Source: Anaeramoeba ignava BMAN (lineage: Eukaryota > Protista > Anaeramoebae). From it: 64,000 nucleotides of DNA. The translations under genes and the position numbers were made by a program. Position 1 is the stretch's first letter. Every line of letters starts with the position of its first letter. Under the pieces are notes generated by a model. It was not told where the DNA came from. It was given only the letters and a program-made list of their open reading frames with translations, and searched no databases. This document shows positions 36,323 through 48,217 of the stretch, piece after piece. The stretch spans positions 434,001 to 498,000 of the forward strand of contig JAPDFW010000061.1 in NCBI GenBank assembly GCA_028826165.1, given 5' to 3'.

Positions 36323-38481
36323 ATGAAAATAAATTTAATCATTTTAATTTTTTTAATTAATTTTATTTTTTCTTTTCAAAATGATATCTATTGGAATGAA
36401 ACACAAATATTAATTGCAAATGATGGGAAAGAAAAAGATTATTTTGGTTCAATTGTTAGAATTAAAGGAAATATTTCTGTAATTAGCGCTCATTTTGCAA
36501 ATGTTGAAAATAATATTGAGCAAGGAAAAGCTTATATTTTTGAAAATAATGGAACAAATTGGAATCAAAAACAAATTTTAATTGCAAATGATGGAGAAGA
36601 AAATGATCAATTCGGATTAGGTATTGCAATTTCAAATGATGAAAAATATATTTTTATTGGTTCGCCTTTTGCAAAAGTTGGGAATACTTCAAATCAAGGA
36701 AAAGTTTATATTTATGAAAATAACGGAACATTTTATAATTTAAAACAAATTTTAATTGCAAATGATGGAAAAGAAAATGATCAATTTGGATGTAGTATTT
36801 CAATTTCAAATGATTCTTCTTTTATTGTTATTGGTGCTTATTATTCAACTATTGGGAATAATACTCGTCAAGGAAAAGCTTATATTTTCCAAAATAATGG
36901 AACATTTTGGAATCAATACCAAATCTTAATTGCAAATGATGGGAAAATAAATGATCAATTTGGATCCATTGTTGTAATTTCAAATGATTCTTCTTTGATT
37001 TTTATTGGTTCTCCTTTTGCATCTATTCAATTCGATGTTTCACAAGGAAAAGTCTATATTTTCCAAAATAATGGAACATTTTGGAATCAATATCAAATCT
37101 TAATTGCAAATAATGAAAAAATAGATGAAAGATTTGGATCAAGTATTTCACTTTCACAAAATTTTCTTTTAATCGGAGCTTATTGTGCAAAAGATGGAGA
37201 AGATATTTCAAAAGGAAAAGCTTATATTTTCCAAAATAATGGAACATTTTGGAATAAATATCAAGTTCTAATTGCAAGTGATGGAGAAGAAAATGATGGA
37301 TTTGGATTTGATGTTTCAATTTCAAACAATTTCGCTGTTATTGGTGCTCCTCATCTTGCTTCTGGTGGATATGATAATATACAAGGCAAAGCTTATATTT
37401 TCCAAAATAATGGAACATATTGGAATCAATATCAAATTTTAATTGCAAGTGATGGGAAAGAAGATAATAATCAATTTGGATTAAGTGTTTCAATTTCAAA
37501 TGATTTTATTTTAATTGGTGCTCCTTATTCAAATGTTTCTAATAATGTTAACAAGGCAAAGCTTATATTTTTGAACCAATCATAATTCCTCAAGTTGATA
37601 TTTTGAATTGTTCTTCTTTGTTTTCTTCATTTGAATGTTATTGGAATCAAATCAATTCAAGTTTAAATGATATTGAATATCAAATTAATTATCAAAATGA
37701 AATTCAAAATTGGGAAGTAATTCAATCTCCAATTCTTATTGAAAATGTTTTATATCAAATTTTCAATTCTTCAATTTATCAAGATATAAAAGGAAATGTT
37801 GATTATTCAATTCAAATCAAAGCTTGTGATAATAAAACTCAAATTTGTGGAAATTCTTCAAATCAAATCAATTTAACAACAAAAATTGATTCTGTTAAAA
37901 ATTTAAATTTTGAAAGTTATTCAAATTCAATTCAATTAAATTGGAATTATCCAAATGTTCCAATTATTAATTCAATTCCAAAATTAAATCATTATTTTCT
38001 TTCTTATCAAATTCAAGATTCAAATCAATCAACAAATGTTTCAATTTCAAATTCATCAACTTCATTTCAAATCAATAATTTAGAATCATCAACAAATTAT
38101 TTAATTTCAATTTATGGATGTATAACTAAAGAATGTTTAGCAGATGATAAAGGAGAAATTACAACAATTCAAATTCAAACATTATTTGGTTCAGTAATGA
38201 ATTTAACATGTTCAATTTCAAATATTTATGATATTTCATGTATTTGGAATAAACCAATAAACCTAATTTTCAAAATTTTAATAATGATTTTTTCAAAAAA
38301 AAAAATTAATTCAACTTATTTTAATTTCAAATTTTTGAAAATTCAAATCCCAAATGGAACAATTTTTCAACATTTCAAATTAAAACAGGAAATAATCCAA
38401 ATTGAAATCAAAAATTATCAAAAACAAAAAAATTTAATTGAAAAAAAATTATAAATTTTTATTTTTTAAAATTTTTTTTTG

Positions 38482-38520
<39 letters not shown>

Positions 38521-38590
38521 ATTTTTCAAATTCAAAAATCAAAAAAAAAAAATCAAAATCAAAAATAAAAAGAAAAAATTAATGAATAAA
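36323..38590 (+). CDS. FG-GAP receptor 15 (7 blades, 2 FN3-like plus a degenerate third); frameshifted
   Basis: ORFs 36323-37585 and 37603-38454; 3' end degraded, end approximate. Confidence 0.72.
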
Positions 38591-38624
38591 AATTTTCAAA
38601 TGAAAATGAAAATGAAAATGAAAA

Positions 38625-40480
38625 ATGAAAATTATTGAAATTATTAAAAAATTTTCAATTTTTTTTAAATTTTTCTTTTTAAAATTTTAAAAAATGATCA
38701 AATGTTGAAATTTAAAATTTTTAAGGAAAATTTTATTTTTTCAAAAAAAATGATATCATTTTTGGAATTCAAAAACAAATTTTAATTGCAAATGATGGAA
38801 AAGAAAATGATTGATTTGGAATTTGTTTCAATTTTCAAATGATGAAAAAATATTTTTAATTGGAGCTCCTTTTGCATCTGTTGGAAATAATTTTATTCAA
38901 GGAAAAGTTTATATTTTTAAAAGCAACGGAACGTTTTGGAATGAAAAACAAATATTAATTGCAAATGATGGATGAAAAAACGGAAAATTTTTTTGATTTC
39001 TTCACCTTTTGCAACTATTGGAAATAATTATGAACAAGGAAAAGTTTATATTTATGAAAATAATGGGACAAATTGGAATCAAAAACAAATTTTAATTGCA
39101 AATGATGGAGAAGAAGATGAAGAATTTGGAAAAAGTATTTCAATTTCAAATGATTTTGCTTTGATATAATTTATCAAGGAAAAGTTTATATTTTCCAGAA
39201 TAACGGAACATTTTATAATTTAAAACAAATTTTAATTGCAAATGATGGAAAAGAATATCATGAGTTTGGATCAAGTGTTGCAATTTCAAATGATTCTTCT
39301 TTTCTTTTTATTAGTGCTCTGCAAGCAAATGTTGGAAACAATTCAAATCAAGGAAAAGTTTATATTTTCCAAAATAATGGAATAATTTGGAATCAATATC
39401 AAATTTTAATTGCAAATGATGGGAAATCAAGTGATAGATTTGGATTTAGTATTTCAATTTCAAGTGATTCTTCTTTTATTGTTGTTGGTGTTCCATATGC
39501 AAAAATTGGGGATAATTCTCTTCAAGGAAAAGCTTATATTTTCCAAAATAATGGAACATTTTGGAATCAAAAAGAAATTTTAATTGCAAATGATGGTGAA
39601 ACAAATGATGAATTTGGATCAAGTGTTTCAATTTCAGAAAATTATTGTTTAATTGGTTCTCCTAATTCAAATTTTGGAGATATTTTCGAACAAGGAAAAG
39701 TTTATATTTTCCAAAATAACGGAACAATTTTCCTCAAGTTAATATTTTATTTTGAATTGTTCTTCTTTTTATTTTCATTTGAATGTTATTGGAATCAAAT
39801 TAATTCAACTTTGAATGATATTGAATATCAAATTAATTATCAAAATGAAATTGAAAATTGGGAATTAATTCAATCTCCAATTCTTAATCAAAATGTTTTA
39901 TATCAAATTTTCAATTCTTCAATTTATTCCAATATATCAGGAAATGTTGATTATTCAATTCAAATCAAAATTTGTAATATATCTTCAAATCAAATTAATT
40001 TAACAACAAAAAATTGATTCTGTTAAAAATTTAAATTTTGAAAGTTATTTAAATTCAATTCAATTAAATTGGAATTATCCAAATGTTCCAATTATTAATT
40101 CAATTCCAAAATTAAATCATTATATTACTTTTCTTATCAAAATTTAAATTCAAATCAATCAACAAACATTTCAATTTCAAATTCATCAACTTCATTTCAA
40201 ATCAATAATTTAGAATCATTAACAAATTATTTAATTTCAATTTATTCATGTAGAAATGAAGAATGTTTAGGAAATGATAAAGGAGAAATTACAACAATTC
40301 AAATTCAAAACAAAACAACAAAATTCAAATACAAATTCAATTTCAAAATCCAAAACAACAAATAATTTTATTTCAATTTTAATTCAATTATTGTTATTTT
40401 TCAATAATTTTAATAATTTTGATTAAAAAAAAAAAAAAAAAAAAACAAAAAAAAAAATCAAATTCAAATTTAAAAAATTT
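38625..40480 (+). CDS. FG-GAP receptor 16 (propeller, 2 FN3-like, TM), heavily frameshifted
   Basis: FG-GAP units 38770-39730, SFECYWNQIN domain at 39775, CRNEECLGNDKGEI near 40250, TM-like near 40350-40425. Boundaries approximate. Confidence 0.6.
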
Positions 40481-40523
40481 GAAAAAAAAAAAAAAAAAAA
40501 TTTTTTTTCAAAAAAAAAAAAAA

Positions 40524-42528
40524 ATGAAAAACAAAAATAAAAAAAAAAAAGAAATTAAAAATTTTTAAAAAAATAAAAATTTTTCATTTTTTTTTTTTCA
40601 AAAAAATAAAAAAAAAAAAAAAATTAAGTTTTAATTTAATTTTAATTTTTAATTTTTAATTTTTTTTTTTTTTTTTCTTTTCAAAAAAATTTTAATTGGA
40701 ATGAAAAAAACAATTGGATTCAACAACAAATTTTAATTGCAAATGATGGAAAGAAGATGATGAATTTGGGTTCAGTTATTGATATTAAAGAAAATAAATT
40801 TTGTGTAATTGGAACACCTTATGCAAATGTTGGAAATAATACAAATCAAGGAAAAGCTTATATTTTTGAAAAGAATGGAACAATTTGGAATCAAATCCAA
40901 ATTCTAATTGCAAGTGATGGAGAAGAAAATGATGCATTTGGATGGAGAGTTTCAATTTCAAATGATGGAAAATATATTTTAATTGGTTCACCTTATGCAA
41001 AAGTTGGAAATAATACAAATCAAGGAAAAGCTTATATTTTTGAAAATAATGGAACAATTTGGAATCAAAAACAAATTTTAATTGCAAGTGATGGAATTTC
41101 AAATGATTCTTCTTTTCTTGTTATTGGTGCTTCAGGAGCAAATGTTGGAGAAAATAATCTAAATCAAGGAAAAGCTTATATTTTCCAAAATAATGGAACA
41201 TTTTGGAATCAAAACCAAATTTTAATTGCAAATGATGGAGAAAAAAATGATGAATTTGGAAAAAGTGTTTCAATTTCAAATGATTCTTCTTTGATTTTAA
41301 TTGGTTCTCCTTTTGCAGATGTTGGAAATACTTATATTTTCGAAAATAATGGAACATTTTGGAATCAAAAACAAATCTTAATTGCAAATGATGGAGAAGA
41401 AGATCTTGTTTTGCAACTGTTGAAAATAATACAAATCAAGGAAAAGTTTATATTTTCCAAAATAATGGAACATTTTGGAATCAATCAAATTTTAATTGCA
41501 AATGATGGAGAAGAAAATGATCATTTTCAATTTCAAATGATAGTTCACAAGGAAAAGCTTATATTTTCCAAAATAATGGAACATTTTGGAATCAATCTCA
41601 AATTTTAATTGCAAGTGATGGTCAAGAATATGATTATTTTGGTTCAACTGTTTCAATTTCAAATGATTTTGCTTTTATTGGTGCTCCAAATGCAAAAGTT
41701 GATAATAACAATTCTAATCAAGGAAAAGCTTATATTTTTGAATATTCTTCAATTCCTCCTCAAGTTAATATTTTGAATTGTTCTTCTTTATTTTCTTCAT
41801 TTGAATGTTATTGGAATCAAATTATTTCAAATTTGAATGATATTGAATATCAAATTAATTATCAAAATGGAATTGAAAATTGGGAATTAATTCAATCTCC
41901 AATTCTTAATCAAAATATTTTATATCAAATTTTCAATTCTTCAATTTATTCCAATATATCAGGAAATGTTGATTATTCAATTCAAATCAAAGCTTGTAAT
42001 ATATCATCTCAAATTTGTGGAAATATTTCAAATCAAATTAATTTAACAACAAGAATTGATTCTGTTAAAAATTTAAATTTTGAAAGTTATTCAAATTCAA
42101 TTCAATTAAATTGGAATTATCCAAATGTTCCAATTATTAATTCAATTCCAAAATTAAATCATTATATTATTTCTTATCAAAATTTAAATCAATATCCAAA
42201 TCAAACAATAATCATTTCAATTTCAAATTCATCAACTTCATTTCAAATCAATAATTTAGAATCATTAACAAATTATTTAATTTCAATTTATTCATGTAGA
42301 AATGAAGAATGTTTTGGAAATGATAAAGGAGAAATCACAACAATTCAAATTCAAACAAAACAACAAAATTCAAAATCAAATTCAAAATCTAAAACAACAA
42401 TAATTGTTATTTCAATTTTAATTCCAATTATTGTTATTATTTCAATAATTTTAATAATTTTTTTGATTAAAAAGAAAAGGGAAAATGAACAAATTTCATT
42501 AGAATATTCAAAATTAATTCAAAAATAA
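40524..42528 (+). CDS. FG-GAP receptor 17 (propeller, 2 FN3-like, TM, tail LEYSKL); frameshifted 5' part
   Basis: ORFs 40757-41608 and 41773-42528. Start approximate. Confidence 0.68.
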
Positions 42529-42922
42529 AATCTAAATACAAAAAAATTTTTTATTTATTTAAATTTTTATTTAAAGATCTTTTTTTATTTAAAAAATAAA
42601 CCCCTTTTTGATTTGACTTTTTTTTACATTAAAACAATATTAATTTATTGCGAATTTAACTTTAAATTTCTTTTTTTTTTCTTTTCTTATTTTTATTTAA
42701 AAAAAAAATTTTTTTTTTTATTTTCATTTTCCTTTTAAATTTTAAATTTTAAATTTTCATTTTTTTCCTTTTATTCGATCTGATATTTTTTCTTAACAAT
42801 TTCTTAATTAATTAATTAATTTTTCTTTTTTTTCTTTTTTTCTTTTTATATTTGAATTTAAAATTTATAATATAAAAAAAATAAAATTACAAATAAAATT
42901 ACAAATAAAATTACAAATAAAA

Positions 42923-45900
42923 ATGAAACCTAATTATAATTCATTTCAACAAAAAAATGACAACAAATCGTTTCAAAAAGAAAAAAAAATAACAAATTTT
43001 AATGAAAATCAAATAGAAAATCAAATAGAAAATCAATTAGAAAATCAATTAGAAAATCATTTAGAAAATCAAATAGAAAATCAAATAGAAAATCAATTAG
43101 AAAATCAATTAGAAAATGGAGGAATAAATTCTAATCAAGTTAATCAAGTTAATCAAATGAATTCTTTCTTTGGTAAAAAATTCAAATCCAATTATAAATA
43201 AAATTATAAATAAAATTATAAATAAAATTATAAATAAAATTATAAATAAAATTATAAATAAAATTAAATAAATAAAAAAATTATAAATAAAATTATAAAT
43301 TAAATTATAAATAAATTATAAATTAAATTATAAATAAAATATAAATTAAATTATAAATAAAATTATAAATAAAATTATAAATAAAATTATAAATAAAATT
43401 ATAAATAAAATTATAAATAAAATTAAAAATAAAAAAATAAATATAAATAAAAAAAATATAAATAAAATTATAAATAAAAATAAAATAAAATTATAAAATA
43501 AAATTATAAATTAAATTATAAATAAAATTATAAATTAAATTATAAATTAAATTAAAATTAAATTATAAATTAAAAATTAAAAAATAAATAAAATTATAAA
43601 TAAAATTATAAATAAAATAAATATAAATAAAATTATAAATAAAATTATAAATAAAATTATAAATAAAAATATAAATAAAATTATAAATTAAATTATAAAT
43701 AAAATATTATAAATAAAATTATAAATTAAATTATAAATTAAATTATAAATAAAAATAAAAAATTATAAATAAAATTATAAATAAAATTATAAATAAAATT
43801 ATAAATAAAATTATAAATAAAATTATAAATAAAATTATAAATAAAATTATAAATAAAATTATAAATTAAATTATAAATTAAATTATAAATTAAATTATAA
43901 ATAAAATTATAAATTAAATTATAAATTAATAAAATTTAACATTTTTAGAAAATTCAAACGATCAAATTTTTCCATTTCTCGAAGATAAAACAATTAATTT
44001 ATATTCTCATTCGAATCAAAATCAATATCCCCAAAATCAATACCAAAACCAATATCAATATCAATTTCAAAATCAGGATGACAATGAAAATAAAAATGAA
44101 AATGAAAACCAAAACCAAAATCAAAATCAAAATGAAAACCATCAATATTTTCAAAATCAATATCAAAATATTTCAAATCAATATTTTCCAAATCAATATC
44201 AAAATATTTCAAATCAATATTTTCCAAATCAATATCAAAATATTCAAAATGAAAATGAAAATGAAAATGAAAATGAAAATGAAAATGAAAATGAAAATGA
44301 AAATGAAAATGAAATTGAAAATGAAAATTTTCAAAATCAATATCAAAATATTCCAAATCAATATTTTTTTCCAAATCAAAATCAAAAAATATTTCAAATC
44401 AAATTCAAAATCAAAATCAAAATCAAAATCAAAATCAAAATGAAAATCAAAATGAAAATCAAAATCAAAATGAAAATCAAAATCAAAATGAAAATCAAAA
44501 TGAAAATGAAAATCAAAATCAAAATCAAAATCAATATCAAAATCAATATCAAAATATTCCAAATCAATATTTTCCAAATCAATATTTTCCAAATCAATAT
44601 CAAAATATTCAAAATGAAAATGAAAATGAAAATGAAAATGAAAATCAAAATGAAAATGAAAATGAAAATGAAAATCAATATCAAAATATTTCAAATGAAT
44701 ATTTAAATCAAACTCAAAATGAAAATCAATATCAAAATATTCCAAATCAATATTTTCCAAATCAATATCAAAATATTCCAAATCAATATTTAAATCAAAA
44801 TCAAAATCAAAATCAAAATCAAAATCAAAATCAAAATCAAAATCAAAACGAAAACATTCAATATTTTCAAAATCAAAATATTTCAAATGAAAATGAAAAT
44901 GAAAACTATCAATATTTTCCAAATCAATATCAAAATATTTCAAATCAATATTTAAATCAAAATCAAAATGAAAATCAAACTCAAAATAAAAATGAAAATC
45001 AAAATGAAAACCAAAATGAAAACCAAAATGAAAACCAAAATGAAAATAAAAATCAATATCCAAATCAATATCAAAATATTTCAAATCAATATCAAAATAT
45101 TTCAAATCAAAATCAAACTCAAACTCAAAATCAATATCAAAATCAATATCAAAATCAAAATCAAAATAAATATCAATATCAAAATGGAAATGCAAATTAC
45201 TTACATTTCTCTCAAAATAACACAGTTTTTTTACCTCCTCAAAATTTTCAACCAAATTATAATTCTTTACTGCAAATGAATCCATCACAATTTGCATCAC
45301 CAACTTTTCTAGAAAATCCAGGAAATGAATCAACAAATTTGAATCCATTTATCAATTACAATTCAGAAAATCAAAATTTTCCAACAATCCACAATTTATA
45401 TAATAATCCAATGTTTTTTTCGAATCAACAACAAAATAATATCTCATCGTATTTCCCAAATTTTCCTCACAAAACCGAACATGAAATGACTACTTCAATG
45501 GTTTCTGACCAAGATGATTCAAAAAATGAAGAAAAAATTATTGATTTAAGTCAATTAAAATTTGATCCAAAAACTCATCCAAAAGACATGCTTGTTTTTT
45601 TCGAAAAAGTTCATCCTGGACCACTTTTAGAGCATTTGCCGATTATACAGAGCATATCTCAAAGCAATCCACACAATGGTTTCCAATTCAAAGAAGAAGA
45701 TGCAAGAGATTTTATTCATGAAGTTCAAGAACGATTTAAAAATAAACCAGAAAATTACCGATTGTTTATTCATTTACTTCATCAACAAATTCTTCGGCAA
45801 TCGGAAAATTCAAATCTCTATCCGCAGATCAATAAATTATTCAATGATCATCCGGATCTTATTGAAAAATTCAATATGTTTGTTCCTAAAGAATCTCAAT

Positions 45901-47279
45901 TTGAAAAAGAAAAAATTTCTTTAACATATGCTTTTACTCTTTTGTATAAAATCAAACACAAACTTCACGATAAACCTGATGTTTATAACAAATTTGTAAC
46001 TTTGTTAAGAGAACAGCAAACAAAAGCTTTACCTCATCAGGTTGTGATGTCTCGAGTTAAAAAATTGTTTCATAATTTCCCAGAACTTAGCAAAGAATTC
46101 GAGGTTTTTCTTCAATCACAAGAAGGTCATTTAAAACAAATGGAGAATCAAATAGAAAATGAATTTAATGAAGAACATTTGAATGAAATAGAAAACGAAT
46201 TTAATGAAGAACATTTGAATCAATTAGAAAATCAATTAGAAAACGAATTTAATGAAGAACATTTGAATCAATTAGAAAATCAATTAGAAAATCAATTTCA
46301 ATTTCAATTTCAATTCCAATTTCAAAATGGTCTATTCTCATTTGAAAATCATCCAAGAATTATTCCAAATTACAAAACAAAAACTTCCACAACAACATTA
46401 TCTTGAATTTTTGAAAATTTTAAATATTTATTCTCATGGTTTTTTTAAAGAATCTCAAGTAATTGAAATTTTCAATCAAATTTTTGAAGAAAAATCAAAT
46501 TATTATCCTTTTATCGAAATAATTCAGAATTCTCAAAAAATGCAAGAAAAAATAATTGAAGAAGAAAAAACAAATTTAACCAAAACATCAGGTCATTCAT
46601 ATCAAGAAATATCAGAAGAAGTAAAACCCTATTCAATGAAAACAATATTTTGAATATTTATATTTATTTTCAATTTAATTTTTATTAGTTTCTAAATGAA
46701 AAATGTTCAGCAAGATCTTTTCTTGATGAAAATGTTCTTAATAATCAATTTGTTTCATTTCCTCAAGGAAGTGAAGAAAATTCAAATAAAAATTTGGAAT
46801 CTCAAATGGATTCTAATTTGGATTTGGATTCTGAAGTTAAAATGGAACATTTTGAAGAAGAAAGATATGAATATGATATGTTTTTAGAGCTAAATTTTCG
46901 GTTACTTAGAAAAGTTGAATTTTTGACAAGAAATTTAGAATTAATTCCCAATTCTCAACTTCTTGAAGTTCAAAAAAGTAAAATTTTTAATTTTAATTTT
47001 AATTTTAATTTTAAAAAATTTTATTTTTAATTAATTTTATTTGCTTTTTTTTTTTGTTCTCACTTTTTAGAATTAATGGAAGATCCTTTATTTATTAAAG
47101 CAATCAATAATATTTATTCGGAAAATTCTATTCAATTTCTTAATTTTTTTAAAATTCATCCAAGAACTGTTTTCCCTATTTTATTCAAAAGAGCTCAAAA
47201 TTTAGGAATTGAACTTCGAGAAAAAAGAATTGAACAACTTAGAGCTTCTTTTTTAAAAAGAAAAACAAAAGAAAAATGA
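42923..47279 (+). CDS. SIN3: SIN3-like co-repressor (PAH domains + HDAC-interaction domain) with long N/Q/E/Y-rich N-terminus
   Basis: Exons 42923-43172, 43949-46620 (two apparent frameshifts, near 44365 and 46340), 46689-46977, 47071-47279. PAH-like: EDARDFIHEVQERF..YRLFIHLL..INKLFNDHPDLIEKFNMFVP; YAFTLLYKIKHKL..VYNKFVTLL..VKKLFHNFPELSKEFEVFL; YLEFLKILNIY. HID-like: GHSYQEI..CSARSFLDENVLNNQFVSFPQGSEE..FEEERYEYDMFLE. Confidence 0.8.
43195..43930. repeat. 12-bp AT-only satellite (AAATTATAAATA)n inside SIN3 intron 1 (43173-43948)
   Basis: Direct inspection; flanked by GT at 43173 and AG at 43947-43948. Confidence 0.9.
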
Positions 47280-47501
47280 ATATTTTTATTGATTAAGAAA
47301 AATTACTAAAAAAAAAACAATTTCTTTTTTTAGTTTGTTTTGTTTTTTTTTTTTGGATTTATTTTGTTAATTATTTTTATCTTCATTTTTATTTTTATCT
47401 TTATCTTTCCAAAAGAAAAATTTTTTTAAAAATTTAAAAATAAAAAAAAATTTTCCGATTTTCATTTTTCATTTTTTTCATTTTTCATTTTAATAATTTT
47501 A

Positions 47502-47952
47502 ATGGCTGAAGAAGAAAGAAGACTTTCTTTAAATATTCAACAAGAACATATTATTTCAAAATATGTTGGAACAGGAAATACAGATATGTCAAAACAGTTT
47601 GTTATTTTTTTATAAAATATAAATTAAAAAAATTAAATTTATAAAAATTTTTTTTTAAAAAGTGATTGGCTTGTAAATCAACATAGAGATACTTATGCTT
47701 CTTATATTGGAAATCCTTCAATGTTATATTTTATTAGTATTGTTGAAAATGAACCAATTGCTAAATTAAAATATAATTTTCTTCAAGTTAGTTTTAATTT
47801 TTTTAATTTTTTTAAATTTTAATTTTAATTTTAATTTTAATTTTAATTTAATTTTAATTTTAAATTTTAATTTAATTTTAATTTAATTTTAATTTTAAAT
47901 TTAGAAAATGGTTCAACCTTGTGGTCCACCTCCTTCACATAAACAATTTTAA
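47502..47952 (+). CDS. SF3B5: Splicing factor 3B subunit 5 (SF3b10), 3 exons
   Basis: Exons 47502-47596, 47663-47786 and 47905-47952 give MAEEERRLSLNIQQEHIISKYVGTGNTDMSKHDWLVNQHRDTYASYIGNPSMLYFISIVENEPIAKLKYNFLQKMVQPCGPPPSHKQF*. Hallmarks: KYxGTG, WLVNQHRDT, ENE, KMxQPCGPPP. Confidence 0.95.
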
Positions 47953-48217
47953 AATCAAACAATTTTTTAAATCCAAATTTTTTAAAATCCAAATTTTTTA
48001 AAATCCAAATTTTTTAAATCCAAATTTTTCAAAATAAATCTTTTTCTTAAAATTAATTTTTTTTTATTTCCGTTTTTTATTTTTGTTCTTCAAAAAAAAA
48101 AATGATATTGTTTTTCGACTTTTGTTAAAAGAAAAGAATCAAAAATTGTTTTTATCTTTTGCAATTTTAAAGAAAAAAAAATAATAGGAAAAAACTTGAT
48201 TCTGTAAAACTTTAAAT

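Noticed and set aside
6636-41387. Many minus-strand ORFs with HHLQLKF / FGKYKLFL motifs
   Set aside because: Antisense shadows of the conserved FG-GAP codons; they recur only because the sense repeat recurs.
43994-45348. FHFHFH / MKMKMK / ILILIL ORFs
   Set aside because: Alternative frames of the SIN3 low-complexity exon.
47502-47952. Functional link between SF3B5 and the microexon gene
   Set aside because: About 44 kb apart in a eukaryote; proximity carries no evidence.
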